From the NCBI GenBank assembly GCA_046583315.1, contig JAYGCN010000024.1, positions 1 through 23,535 of the forward strand: a DNA stretch of 23,535 bases, in the 5' to 3' direction. Below the pieces are notes generated by a model. That model was given only the letters and a program-made list of their open reading frames with translations. It did no database searches and was not told the DNA's origin. Of the stretch, positions 1-9,255 are shown one piece after another. The position numbers and the translations under genes are program-made. Origin of the DNA: Candidatus Hydrogenedentota bacterium. GTDB lineage: Bacteria > Hydrogenedentota > Hydrogenedentia > Hydrogenedentales > GCA-2746185. Numbering within the stretch: the first letter of the stretch is position 1; each line of letters opens with the position of its first letter.

Positions 1-36
1 AAACCGGGAAATGCTAAAGCATTTCCTGATGAGTAG
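1..36 (+). CDS. 3' end of an upstream CDS (partial; ...KPGNAKAFPDE*)
   Basis: Frame 1 is open from the window edge to TAG at 34-36 and is followed 11 nt later by an intrinsic terminator. The product cannot be identified from 11 codons. Confidence 0.45.
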   Translation, partial: KPGNAKAFPDE

Positions 37-47
37 AACGATTGCTC

Positions 48-85
48 GACTCCCGGCGAGGGTGACTTCGCCGGGAGTCTTTTTT
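48..85 (+). terminator. Rho-independent terminator
   Basis: GACTCCCGGCGAG (48-60) pairs with TTCGCCGGGAGTC (67-79) as a 13-bp GC-rich stem with one G-U pair and a 6-nt loop, followed by T6 (80-85). Confidence 0.9.
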
Positions 86-109
86 GTTACTAGGCGGTCA
101 ATATTGTTC

Positions 110-138
110 TTCGCACTTGGTTACTATTTGTGTATACT
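110..138 (+). promoter_or_regulatory. Putative sigma-70 promoter for the small membrane protein
   Basis: TTCGCA (110-115), 17 bp spacer, TATACT (133-138). It lies just after the terminator and upstream of GGAG...ATG156. Confidence 0.45.
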
Positions 139-155
139 TGAATCGGAGACGAATC

Positions 156-332
156 ATGCCCTCAATATTAAAGCGCATCGGCATGAAGTGGACAGCGGCG
201 GTTCTGAGATCGGCTGGGATCGTATGTCTGATTCTTGTGTTACCCAAGATTACATTCGTGCACGGTCCTGGTCTGCTTCTTCTCTTCGGCATTTGGTTGC
301 TCTTTGAGAGCCATCAAATGGCCTCGAACTAG
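156..332 (+). CDS. Small hypothetical membrane protein (58 aa, two hydrophobic segments)
   Basis: GGAG at 145-148, 7 nt before ATG156. Basic N-terminus (MPSILKRIGMKW), then hydrophobic stretches AGIVCLILVLP and GPGLLLLFGIWLLF. Confidence 0.55.
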   Translation: MPSILKRIGMKWTAAVLRSAGIVCLILVLPKITFVHGPGLLLLFGIWLLFESHQMASN

Positions 333-350
333 AAGCCATATCGATTCGTA

Positions 351-359
351 TGCTATACT
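351..359 (+). promoter_or_regulatory. Extended -10 promoter for the SRP RNA
   Basis: TG-c-TATACT at 351-359, predicting a start near 366. Confidence 0.55.
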
Positions 360-415
360 ACTCGTTCACCCATCGGGCAGTAATGGTGCCCGAACCCCTA
401 TGAATACACGCTTTT

Positions 416-541
416 GATGCGCAGTGTTGAGGGTTGGGTCCTACTCAACGAAGGACTGCCGAACTCGGTCAGGTCTGGAAGGAAGCAGCCGTAGGTTGTT
501 ATTTCGTGTGCTGTAGGAGTGCCTGACCGGAGCTGCGCATC
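416..541 (+). ncRNA. ffs: Signal recognition particle RNA (4.5S/scRNA); transcript may begin near 366
   Basis: Conserved domain IV GGTCAGGTCTGGAAGGAAGCAGCC (467-490) with a GGAA tetraloop. Long rod: GATGCGCAG(416-424)/CTGCGCATC(533-541), GGTTGGG/CCTGACC and TCCTAC/GTAGGA. Followed by T7 (544-550). ffs directly upstream of dnaX is a common arrangement. Confidence 0.95.
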
Positions 542-633
542 TCTTTTTTTGCTTGAAGGTTGACCTTTCGGGGGTCGGTTGCTTATAACTAGTGGTTGGG
601 GGATTCCCTCGATTCAACCATCCGGGACGGACC

Positions 634-2112
634 ATGGCCAAAGACAAACATTATCTCGTTTTAGCGCGCAAATGGCGCCCGCAGTCGTTTGACGATGTCG
701 TCGGTCAGGCCCACATCACACGCACGCTACAGAATGCCATTCGCTCGGGGCGCATCCACCACGCGTTCTTGTTTATCGGCTCACGCGGCATCGGCAAAAC
801 GACCTCCGCGCGCATTCTGGCGAAGGCGTTGAATTGCACCTCGTCTGACGGTCCCACCCCGGAACCCTGCGGCACCTGCCCGAATTGCGAATCGATTGCT
901 GCGGGCACAAACATGGATGTCATTGAAATTGATGGTGCTTCGAACAACAGCGTCGAGGACGTGCGCCAGATTCGGGAGAACGTGCGTATGGTCCCCTCTG
1001 CAGCGCGCTACAAAATCTACGTGATTGATGAGGTACATCAGCTGTCGATTGCAGCGTTTAACGCCTTGTTGAAAACACTCGAAGAACCGCCTGCACACGC
1101 GGTGTTTATATTGGCAACGACAGAAGCGCACAAGATTCCGGCCACGATCATCTCGCGTTGCCAGCGATACGATTTCCGACGGGTGGGCGTTGATGATCTC
1201 AAGCTACTGCTTCGTAAAATTCTCGATGCAGAGGGCACGGCCTGCAGTGATGAAGCCTTGTCTGCGATTGCCCGCGCGGCAGACGGCGGCGTGCGCGATT
1301 CGGAGAGTATCCTTGACCAGTTGATGTCCTATTGCGAAGGGGAAATCACCTTCCAGGACGTTTTCGACGTATTGGGTCTCGTGGATTGGGATGTGATGCA
1401 CAGCTTATGCCGCGCCATCAAGGAGCAGGATGTCACGCGCCTGCTCGAGGTGGTGGACGATGTCGTCGTCAGCGGAAAAGACCTCTCTCAATTCGTGCAG
1501 GACATCCTGCGCTACTTCCGCAACTTGCTGGTGTGCAAAAGTGGCGGACCAAAAGAGCTTCTCGCATTGCCCGACGAAGAAATTGCGATCATGCAAGGTT
1601 GGGCGACGCAATTTACCCTGACCGAGCTGATTCGTCTTGTGGAACAATTCGCCGAACTCACGAACGGTTACGAGTCTCAACTTGCCCAGCGTACCGCACT
1701 GGAAGCGATGCTGATTAAGGTCTCCAAACGCACCGTCGAAATGTCTGTCGACACCTTGCTCGAGAAATTGGCCCTGCTTCAGGAAGGCGCTCCCCGGAAC
1801 GGTGGCGAATCCAAAAAAAAAACTCCCCTAACGAAACCTAGACCAATTCCCGCTCCAGAATCTGCAGTTCCTGTAACGCCAAAGGTACCGACCGATCACG
1901 CACCCACCATCAAACAAACGGCGCCGATCGCTACGCCTGAAACGCCACCGGTAGCGCAGGAATCCGACGATGAAGCGCCGGTGAGCGAAAGTATTAACCC
2001 TGAAGCGAGGCGCAAGGCTCTGGAAGATCCTGCTTTGGCCAATGTGGTGGATGTGTTTAAGGGCCGTATTGTGGATATTCAGAAACGCTCGGAGCCATCA
2101 AACCCTTCGTGA
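634..2112 (+). CDS. dnaX: DNA polymerase III subunit gamma/tau (492 aa from ATG634)
   Basis: YLVLARKWRPQSFDDVVGQ, Walker A GSRGIGKTT, Zn motif C..PCGTCPNC, EIDGASNN, Walker B IDEVH, NALLKTLEEPP, SRCQ and DGGVRD. Confidence 0.97.
   Translation: MAKDKHYLVLARKWRPQSFDDVVGQAHITRTLQNAIRSGRIHHAFLFIGSRGIGKTTSARILAKALNCTSSDGPTPEPCGTCPNCESIAAGTNMDVIEIDGASNNSVEDVRQIRENVRMVPSAARYKIYVIDEVHQLSIAAFNALLKTLEEPPAHAVFILATTEAHKIPATIISRCQRYDFRRVGVDDLKLLLRKILDAEGTACSDEALSAIARAADGGVRDSESILDQLMSYCEGEITFQDVFDVLGLVDWDVMHSLCRAIKEQDVTRLLEVVDDVVVSGKDLSQFVQDILRYFRNLLVCKSGGPKELLALPDEEIAIMQGWATQFTLTELIRLVEQFAELTNGYESQLAQRTALEAMLIKVSKRTVEMSVDTLLEKLALLQEGAPRNGGESKKKTPLTKPRPIPAPESAVPVTPKVPTDHAPTIKQTAPIATPETPPVAQESDDEAPVSESINPEARRKALEDPALANVVDVFKGRIVDIQKRSEPSNPS
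1813..1822 (+). other. A10 homopolymer; putative transcriptional slippage or frameshift site in dnaX
   Basis: TCC AAA AAA AAA ACT directly after the clamp-loader core. Stops follow in both shifted frames (TAA 1829-1831, TAG 1839-1841). Confidence 0.7.
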
Positions 2113-2208
2113 CCCCCTTTGGATTCGGCTAGTCGTCTATGATAAAGTCAGTGTCGGAGCGAAGCCCCACAAACAGGGGTGTTTAGTCGTCAGGGGGACG
2201 CAGCGAAC

Positions 2209-5082
2209 ATGAATAAAACCGGTGCCTGGACGTTTATCTTAGCGGTCGGAGTCCCCAGTCTATTAACCTTTGCTTTGGGACTTGTGTTGGGCTACGCCTT
2301 GTTCAGCCCACGCACGGTGGTCCCGGCCAATACGCCTCCTATCGAAGTCGCGGATCGGGTAGTGGCACCCGTGGAGACTTCACTGACGGAACCAGAGGCA
2401 TCAACTCAGGAACTGACGGACGCGCCTTTGGAGCCCGAACCTGTTGCCCCGGTGGTCGTAATCGAAGAGCCCACCGAACCCGAACAGGATCTACAGATCG
2501 CACGTCACCTGTTCATCGCGGTGAACGGGCAATGGCTGGCCGATGGCACGCGCTCCATGCTCGAAGACCTGCAACCCGGCGGCATCGTGCTTCGGTCCGG
2601 GAACGTCACGTCAAAAACACAGGCTCAGGCGCTTGTTCAGGAGATCAAAGCCACGTCCGGGGGATCAAAACCCTACGATTGGCCGCTCATTATTTCAAGT
2701 CAGGAAGGCGGTACCAGTAATATTCTGCGCCTTCCGGAGACCTCGACGGCTGTTGACATCGGGCGGGCTAACAATCAGCAGGAAGCACGGCGGATTGGTC
2801 AGCTTTACGGAAAAACTGCGGCCAACTTCGGCATCAACGTTATCCTGGGACCCGTGCTGGATGTTTACGACTATACGACGGCCTTTCCCGAGTTGCAGGC
2901 CCGATCATTCGGCTCGGATCAGATGCGCGTGGCCAATCTAGGCCTTGCAATGGCTGAAGGCATGCGGGCGGGCGGTGTGATTGCAGTAGTCAAGAGTTTT
3001 CCCGGTTATGCGTCTGCCAGCTACAGTTCGGACGGCATCAGCGTCGTCATGAATCAGAATTTTGAGGGTCTCGCCAAGGCCATGTACCCGTTCAGCGAAG
3101 CCGCAAACAACGCGATAGAGGGAATGGTGGTCGGGCATGTGGCGGTGCCGTTGCTGGACAAAGATAATCCGTTTCGCTCGGCAGCATTGTCCCCAACTAT
3201 GGTAACAACCCTGCTCCGAAATCGCTGGAGTTACGACGGCGTGATCATCGCCGATGAAATCGCGTTTAACGAAATGACTCGTTCCCATCCCGTCGAGCGC
3301 GCCGCAGTCGAAGCCCTGATCGCTGGTTGCGACGCAATCATTTTTCTGGACCCGAATCCACGTAGCATCCAATCCGTGATCGATGCGATTCAACGGGCCG
3401 TGGAGCAAGGCGAAATCTCCGTCGAGCAACTTGATGCCAGCAAAGCACGATTGGAGAAGTGGCGCTTGAGTCTGGGCGCGCAACCCTTTGTAGAGCCAGA
3501 GCAGGTGGATGAGCAGGTGGCTATGCTCCAGGAACTCGCCGAATCGGTATCGGAACCCGTGCCGCCTGAAGAACCCGAAGAACCGCTTGTCGTGACCGAA
3601 GCACCGACGACTGAACCACCTGTTATCAAGGAACCGGAGCAACTGCCCGTCGAAGAAGAAATAGATACTACGGAGATTTCTGATATCGAAGTCGCTCAAG
3701 TGATGCCTGAACCCGAAGTGGTGGAGCCGGAAGCCGACACGCCCGCGGAAGAAGTCATGCCGGAAGAGCAAGAGGCGCCTGAGGTAATCGAAAGCGAAAT
3801 ACCTGATTCGGAGACTGAACCGGAGCTGACGATAGACGTTGAACAGCCAGCCAATTCGGAACCAATGCCCGAGGAATCGGTGGGTACAGAGCCGCCCACA
3901 TTGGAGGATGAAGAGTCCGCACCCGCGGAAACGCCTGAGGTGTCCATCGAAGAGCCTATTGTCGTTGCCGAAGCGGTCATCGATGCAGAGCCGGTGCAGG
4001 AAGCACAATCCGAGCCAGCGGAACTCACAGAAACTCCGATGGAAGAGACTGCGGCACCGGAGGAAGCTGAACCGGAGCCGATAGAAGTCGCCGAAATTCC
4101 CGCAGAAGAACCAGAGACGCTTGACGAATCATCCCTCGAAGATGTCGAACAACTCGATAAAGCAATCGGCGATACGACTCAAGTGAAAATCGAGTATGAA
4201 GTACAAGAAGATGAAACCTTGTTGCAAATCGCGTGGGCCTATGACCTTTCAACAGACGATATCATTCGCTGGAACGGTCTCGAATCGGCTACAGCTGAAG
4301 CGGGAATGATGCTCACTCTGTTCTTGCCCAGGGAACCCGATGCGGAAGAATCGGCTTCCGAAACAGACTTACCTGTTGAGGTAATTGCCGAAGCGACGGA
4401 ACCTGAGCCGGAGCCAGAATCCGTCCCCGAAGAAATCCCCGTTGAAAAGGAAGTTATGTCCGAAGAAACCGTAACGATTGCGCGAGCCGAAGTGGAAGTG
4501 TCTGATCTGAATGCTGATATCGCGCCGGAAGAGACACCCGAAGCAGATCTCATGCCCGACTCGGAACAGATCGAGCCGGAGGAAACCGAAACGGTGGCTC
4601 CTGTGGTCGAAGACGAATCGGTTGAGGAGAGCACTCCGTCCACAACGGAGGAGGTTGAGCCCGAGCCAACGCAGGCTCCTGCGCCGGAAGTCATCGAAGC
4701 GGAACCAGAAATCGAACCCGTGGCATTCTCTCCGTTTAAACTTGTGCACCAAGTAAAGTGGGGCGAAACGTTGACATCGATCGCGTCGAGCTACAAGGTA
4801 CGCGTTAGCGACATCAGAGCCTGGAACGAACTTGAAGGTGAATTGAAAGCCAACACCTCCTTGCTCATCTACGTGGAATCGCAGGCTGTACTGCGAGGAA
4901 GCCCTGAATCAACCCCACTGCCATCAAAACTGACCACTTACAAAGTACAGCCAGGCGACACGATGAGCAAAATTGCGCGTGAGCATGAAACCAGCATCGA
5001 GACGATTGTGAGCCTTAATCAACTCAAGAACCCGAACTCCATTTATGTCGGTCAACGACTCAAGGTGCCGGATATTAATTAG
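2209..5082 (+). CDS. Membrane-anchored GH3 (NagZ-like, degenerate active site) protein with a long Glu/Pro-rich linker and three LysM domains
   Basis: N-terminal TM helix ([27 protein letters not shown]). GH3-N motifs [61 protein letters not shown]. LysM-like repeats [23 protein letters not shown] and [12 protein letters not shown]...[22 protein letters not shown]2209 is preferred over GTG2179 because GGGGA lies upstream. Confidence 0.85.
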   Translation: MNKTGAWTFILAVGVPSLLTFALGLVLGYALFSPRTVVPANTPPIEVADRVVAPVETSLTEPEASTQELTDAPLEPEPVAPVVVIEEPTEPEQDLQIARHLFIAVNGQWLADGTRSMLEDLQPGGIVLRSGNVTSKTQAQALVQEIKATSGGSKPYDWPLIISSQEGGTSNILRLPETSTAVDIGRANNQQEARRIGQLYGKTAANFGINVILGPVLDVYDYTTAFPELQARSFGSDQMRVANLGLAMAEGMRAGGVIAVVKSFPGYASASYSSDGISVVMNQNFEGLAKAMYPFSEAANNAIEGMVVGHVAVPLLDKDNPFRSAALSPTMVTTLLRNRWSYDGVIIADEIAFNEMTRSHPVERAAVEALIAGCDAIIFLDPNPRSIQSVIDAIQRAVEQGEISVEQLDASKARLEKWRLSLGAQPFVEPEQVDEQVAMLQELAESVSEPVPPEEPEEPLVVTEAPTTEPPVIKEPEQLPVEEEIDTTEISDIEVAQVMPEPEVVEPEADTPAEEVMPEEQEAPEVIESEIPDSETEPELTIDVEQPANSEPMPEESVGTEPPTLEDEESAPAETPEVSIEEPIVVAEAVIDAEPVQEAQSEPAELTETPMEETAAPEEAEPEPIEVAEIPAEEPETLDESSLEDVEQLDKAIGDTTQVKIEYEVQEDETLLQIAWAYDLSTDDIIRWNGLESATAEAGMMLTLFLPREPDAEESASETDLPVEVIAEATEPEPEPESVPEEIPVEKEVMSEETVTIARAEVEVSDLNADIAPEETPEADLMPDSEQIEPEETETVAPVVEDESVEESTPSTTEEVEPEPTQAPAPEVIEAEPEIEPVAFSPFKLVHQVKWGETLTSIASSYKVRVSDIRAWNELEGELKANTSLLIYVESQAVLRGSPESTPLPSKLTTYKVQPGDTMSKIAREHETSIETIVSLNQLKNPNSIYVGQRLKVPDIN

Positions 5083-5202
5083 AAGCGTTGCGTCGAACGC
5101 ATTCGTTCCGACTCACCAAATTTGTGACGATTTGATATGATAGAAACAGCGGAACTGCGCAAATGAGATCGGTTCTCCATACGACGATTTAAGGAAACAC
5201 CC

Positions 5203-7875
5203 GTGCACAAAGATTTTCACCCTACCCCTGAACAAGAAGCCGAGAGTCAGGAATGGCTCTCATCGTTGGACGACGTAATTAGCCGCGAAACGCCCGAACG
5301 CGTTCGCTATTTACTTCGTCAGCTACAGACGCGCGCGCATACGTCCGGCATTCGTCTGCCTTTCTCAGCGAACACGCCGTACATCAACACCATACCGGTC
5401 GACGATCAGCCGACCTACCCCGGCAACATGGAACTGGAGAAACGCATTCGCAGCATCATGCGCTGGAACGCCATGGCCATGGTAGTGCGGGCCAACAAAC
5501 AATCGGACGGCATCGGCGGGCATATCTCTTCCTATGCATCTTCGGCGACGCTATATGATGTTGGGTTTCATCACTTTTTCCGCGGACCTGAACACGAATG
5601 TGGCGGCGATCTGCTCTACATTCAAGGGCATGTCGCTCCGGGCATCTACTCCCGTGCCTTCCTGGAAGGACGTATCACTGAGGAGACGCTGGAAAACTTT
5701 CGACGCGAAACAGCCGAGGGTGGCGGCCTCTCTTCGTATCCTCACCCTCGTCTGATGCCCGAATTCTGGCAGTTCCCGACGGTATCCATGGGTCTCGGGC
5801 CAATCATGTCCATCTATCAGGCGCGCTTCAATCGTTACCTCGAAGATCGGGGACTCAAAGAATCCACCGATCAGAAAATTTGGGCATTTTTGGGCGACGG
5901 CGAAACCGACGAACCAGAAGCACTCGGTGCTATCAGCCTGCCCGCCCGTGAAAAACTCGACAACCTTATTTTTGTCGTCAACTGCAATCTTCAACGCCTT
6001 GATGGACCCGTGCGCGGCAACGGAAAAATTATTCAGGAACTCGAAGCGCAATTCCGGGGTGCAGGGTGGAACGTAATCAAGGTGATATGGGGCAATGATT
6101 GGGATCCCATCTTCGAAAAAGATGAAGATGGGGCCGTTGTGAATCGCCTGGGCGAACTGGTCGACGGCGAATACCAAAAATATACCGTGACCGATGGCGC
6201 GTATACGCGTGAGCACTTCTGCGACGGCGACGAGCGCATCGCGAATCTGATCAAACACCTGACTGACGATCAACTGCATCGCATGCGCCGCGGTGGACAC
6301 GACATGCAGAAGGTCTACGCCGCGTACCATGCGGCCGTGAACCATCACGGATCGCCCACAGTCATCCTGGCGAAAACGGTGAAGGGATACGGACTGGGTG
6401 AGGCAGGAGAAGGACGCAACGTTACCCATCAACAAAAGAAATTGAACGAAGATGAATTGCGGGATTTCCGGACCCGATTCGGCATTCCCATCGGCGATGA
6501 AGATGTGGCCTTTGCGCCATTCTATAAACCGGACGAAAACAGTACGGAGATCACCTACGTCAAGAAACGTCGCGAGGCCCTGGGCGGATCGCTACCCTCG
6601 CGAAGTACCGCATTCACGCCGATCGATGCCCCGACCTCAAAACTCTGGGACGAATTCGCCACTGGCTCGGACGACCGGACGATCTCAACAACCATGGCCA
6701 TCGTGCGTATCCTCACCAAATTGCTTGGCGATGAACATGTTGGAAAGCTCATGGTACCCATCGTGCCCGATGAAGCCCGCACCTTCGGCATGGAAGCTTT
6801 GTTTCGCAGCGTAGGCATCTACTCCCATGTGGGTCAGCTCTACGAACCCGTTGACGCAGACAACTTGCTTTACTACAAAGAAGCCACGGACGGTCAAATT
6901 CTCGAAGAGGGCATCACGGAAGCGGGCGGCATGGCCTCGTTTATCGCGGCAGGCACTGCATGGTCCACCCACGGCATCAACACCATTCCCTTTTTCATTT
7001 ATTACTCCATGTTCGGAATGCAACGCATCGGCGATCTTGTGTGGGCAGCGGGTGACATGCAATGCAAAGGCTTTCTCGTCGGCGCTACAGCCGGACGAAC
7101 GACCCTGGCCGGCGAAGGCCTCCAGCACCAGGACGGCAACAGTCATCTATTGGCCTATACCATACCGAACCTCAAAGCCTACGACGCAGCCTTTGCCTAT
7201 GAACTCGCGGTAATCATTCGCGACGGTATCCAGCGCATGTACGTCGATGGCGAGGATTGTTTCTATTACTTAACCGTCGAAAACGACAATTACATTCATC
7301 CCGCGCAACCCGAGGGTGTTGAAGAAGGCATTCTTAAGGGCCTGTACAGATTCGCAGCGAGCAAGAAGAAGAAATCCAAAGGCCGCGCACAACTGTTTGG
7401 CAGTGGTGCCATCTTGAATGAAGTCATCAAAGCGGCCGCTATCCTTGAAAACGATTATGATGTCGCGGCGGACGTCTGGAGCATCACGAGTTACAAGGAG
7501 CTTCACCGCGATGCCAAGGAAACGGAACGCTGGAACATGTTGCATCCGGAGGAGACACCACGTCAGGCGTATATTGAACAGTGCCTCACAGACGAAGACG
7601 GTGTACTGGTGGTGGCATCCGATTACGTGAAGGCCTTGCCCGATTCCATCGCACGCTGGTTTCCGCGATCCATTCATACGCTCGGCACAGACGGTTTCGG
7701 TCTGAGTGAGGCCCGCGCCGAATTGCGCAATCATTTCGAGGTGGATGCACGGTTCATCGCGTTGGCCACCTTACACGAACTTGCCGAAGAGGGCACGATG
7801 GATCGAAGCGTCGTAAGCAAAGCGATCGCCGATCTTGAAATTGAACCCTCTAAATCCAATCCCGAACGACACTAA
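5203..7875 (+). CDS. aceE: Pyruvate dehydrogenase E1 component, homodimeric type
   Basis: [37 protein letters not shown], ThDP motif GDGETDEPE...VNCN, YYSMFG and [18 protein letters not shown] start with AAGGA upstream. Confidence 0.97.
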   Translation: MHKDFHPTPEQEAESQEWLSSLDDVISRETPERVRYLLRQLQTRAHTSGIRLPFSANTPYINTIPVDDQPTYPGNMELEKRIRSIMRWNAMAMVVRANKQSDGIGGHISSYASSATLYDVGFHHFFRGPEHECGGDLLYIQGHVAPGIYSRAFLEGRITEETLENFRRETAEGGGLSSYPHPRLMPEFWQFPTVSMGLGPIMSIYQARFNRYLEDRGLKESTDQKIWAFLGDGETDEPEALGAISLPAREKLDNLIFVVNCNLQRLDGPVRGNGKIIQELEAQFRGAGWNVIKVIWGNDWDPIFEKDEDGAVVNRLGELVDGEYQKYTVTDGAYTREHFCDGDERIANLIKHLTDDQLHRMRRGGHDMQKVYAAYHAAVNHHGSPTVILAKTVKGYGLGEAGEGRNVTHQQKKLNEDELRDFRTRFGIPIGDEDVAFAPFYKPDENSTEITYVKKRREALGGSLPSRSTAFTPIDAPTSKLWDEFATGSDDRTISTTMAIVRILTKLLGDEHVGKLMVPIVPDEARTFGMEALFRSVGIYSHVGQLYEPVDADNLLYYKEATDGQILEEGITEAGGMASFIAAGTAWSTHGINTIPFFIYYSMFGMQRIGDLVWAAGDMQCKGFLVGATAGRTTLAGEGLQHQDGNSHLLAYTIPNLKAYDAAFAYELAVIIRDGIQRMYVDGEDCFYYLTVENDNYIHPAQPEGVEEGILKGLYRFAASKKKKSKGRAQLFGSGAILNEVIKAAAILENDYDVAADVWSITSYKELHRDAKETERWNMLHPEETPRQAYIEQCLTDEDGVLVVASDYVKALPDSIARWFPRSIHTLGTDGFGLSEARAELRNHFEVDARFIALATLHELAEEGTMDRSVVSKAIADLEIEPSKSNPERH

Positions 7876-7902
7876 TCAACCCTAAAGGACGAAAATCCAA
7901 CT

Positions 7903-9240
7903 ATGGCGACTACATTTTCCCTTCCCGAACTGGGAGAGAATATTGATTCCGGCACGGTGACCGCTGTCCTCGTAAAAGTGGGTGATACGGTTGCGGTAGA
8001 CGATCCGGTTGTTGAGCTCGAAACCGACAAGGCTGTTGTGGAAGTCCCGTGTGCCATTGCTGGCATAGTTACCGAGATTCAAGTGGAAGAAGGCGCCACG
8101 TTGTCGGTGGGTCAAGGCATTATCGTGCTCGATGCCGATGGAAGTGCTCCGGCGAAAAGCAAATCGGAGCCGGAGCCCGCTGCGAAACCCGAAAAAACGC
8201 CTGCACCGATTCCACCACCCGTTGTTGCCTCTGCACCAGAGCCTAAACCGGAGTCCAAACCGGAGCCTGCACCTGAACCAGTCCCCTATCCTGAACCCGC
8301 GACCGCGCCTGCAGCAAAACAAACCGGTCCGGTACGTGCCGCGCCTTCGGTGCGTAAACTCGCCCGGGAAATCGGGGTTGCGATTGGCGATGTAACCGCC
8401 ACCGACCCGGATAGGGGCATCAGCGCTGCGGACGTGAAGGCGCACGCCAAAAAAGGTGCCTCACGCCGGGCGACCCCTACACCAGCGGCATCCGCATCGG
8501 CACCCGGAGCGGCTCCCCTTCCCAATTTCGAACGCTGGGGTGCGGTGCGTCGTGAAAGCATGTCCACAATACGTCGGATAACCATGGAAAGCATGACGCG
8601 CTCGTGGACGACCGTTCCCCATGTTACCCAGAACGACAAAGCCGACGTGACGGAGCTGGAAAAATTTCGCAAGGCCTACGGCGGGCCGGCTCAAGCGGCA
8701 GGCGGTAAGCTCACCCTAACATCGATCCTCGTCAAAGTGCTGAGTGAAGCGCTGAAGCGTTTTCCCCAGTTCAACTGCAGTATCGACCCCGCATCGGCGG
8801 AGATCATTTACAAAGAGTTTTTCAACATTGGCATTGCCGTGGATACCGAACACGGCCTGATGGTGCCCTCGATCAAAAACGTGGATAAAAAGGGTCTGGT
8901 GGATATCGCCGTTGAATTGACACAGATTTCTGAGCGTGCCCGCACCCGAAAGATAGGGCTGGATGAACTTCAAGGAAGCTGCATGACAATTACCAACCTG
9001 GGCGGTATCGGCGGAACGTCGTTCACCCCCATCATCAACGCGCCGGAAGTTGCTATACTAGGTGTGTCGCGCTCCCGTGTTGAACCCGTTTTCATCGATG
9101 GCGAATTTGTACCGCGTACGCTCATGCCGTTATCCTTGTCCTACGATCATCGAATCATCGATGGGGCTGACGCGGCACGATTTACACGATGGGTCTGTGA
9201 GGCACTCGAAAGCCCAATGAACCTGATGATGGACGTATAA
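7903..9240 (+). CDS. aceF: Dihydrolipoamide acetyltransferase E2 (single lipoyl domain)
   Basis: Lipoyl motif ETDKAVVEVP, Pro/Ala linker, subunit-binding motif AAPSVRKLARE and catalytic LSYDHRIIDGA. Directly follows aceE. Confidence 0.95.
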   Translation: MATTFSLPELGENIDSGTVTAVLVKVGDTVAVDDPVVELETDKAVVEVPCAIAGIVTEIQVEEGATLSVGQGIIVLDADGSAPAKSKSEPEPAAKPEKTPAPIPPPVVASAPEPKPESKPEPAPEPVPYPEPATAPAAKQTGPVRAAPSVRKLAREIGVAIGDVTATDPDRGISAADVKAHAKKGASRRATPTPAASASAPGAAPLPNFERWGAVRRESMSTIRRITMESMTRSWTTVPHVTQNDKADVTELEKFRKAYGGPAQAAGGKLTLTSILVKVLSEALKRFPQFNCSIDPASAEIIYKEFFNIGIAVDTEHGLMVPSIKNVDKKGLVDIAVELTQISERARTRKIGLDELQGSCMTITNLGGIGGTSFTPIINAPEVAILGVSRSRVEPVFIDGEFVPRTLMPLSLSYDHRIIDGADAARFTRWVCEALESPMNLMMDV

Positions 9241-9255
9241 CCAGAGGAATCTGAC

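Noticed and set aside
1..50. Hairpin GGAAATGC-TAAA-GCATTTCC followed by TGATGAG, resembling a hammerhead ribozyme or fluoride riboswitch fragment
   Set aside because: There is no GAAA after the second stem (it reads GAC) and no cleavage triplet, and the 5' part lies outside the window. The segment is more simply read as the last codons of a CDS ending at TAG 34-36.
11..417. ORFs 11..307, 98..292 and 235..417, and the 84 start of the small ORF
   Set aside because: They run through the terminator or promoter elements, or overlap the better-supported ORF at 156..332, and lack an SD.
560..590. Possible dnaX promoter TTGACC-N18-TATAAC with a small hairpin in the spacer
   Set aside because: The -10 lacks the conserved final T. 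It is plausible but too weak to list as a feature.
2938..4752. Long antisense ORFs over the acidic linker (356, 151 and 127 aa)
   Set aside because: They are shadows of biased GAA/GAG/CCG codon usage, with no recognisable motifs.
5085..5112. Weak hairpin after the GH3-LysM gene
   Set aside because: The stem is imperfect and has no U-tract, so it is not supportable as a terminator.
5551..7734. Antisense ORFs within aceE, and similarly 11007..11798, 13004..13711 and 19861..20751
   Set aside because: They lie opposite well-supported genes, as expected in GC-rich coding DNA.
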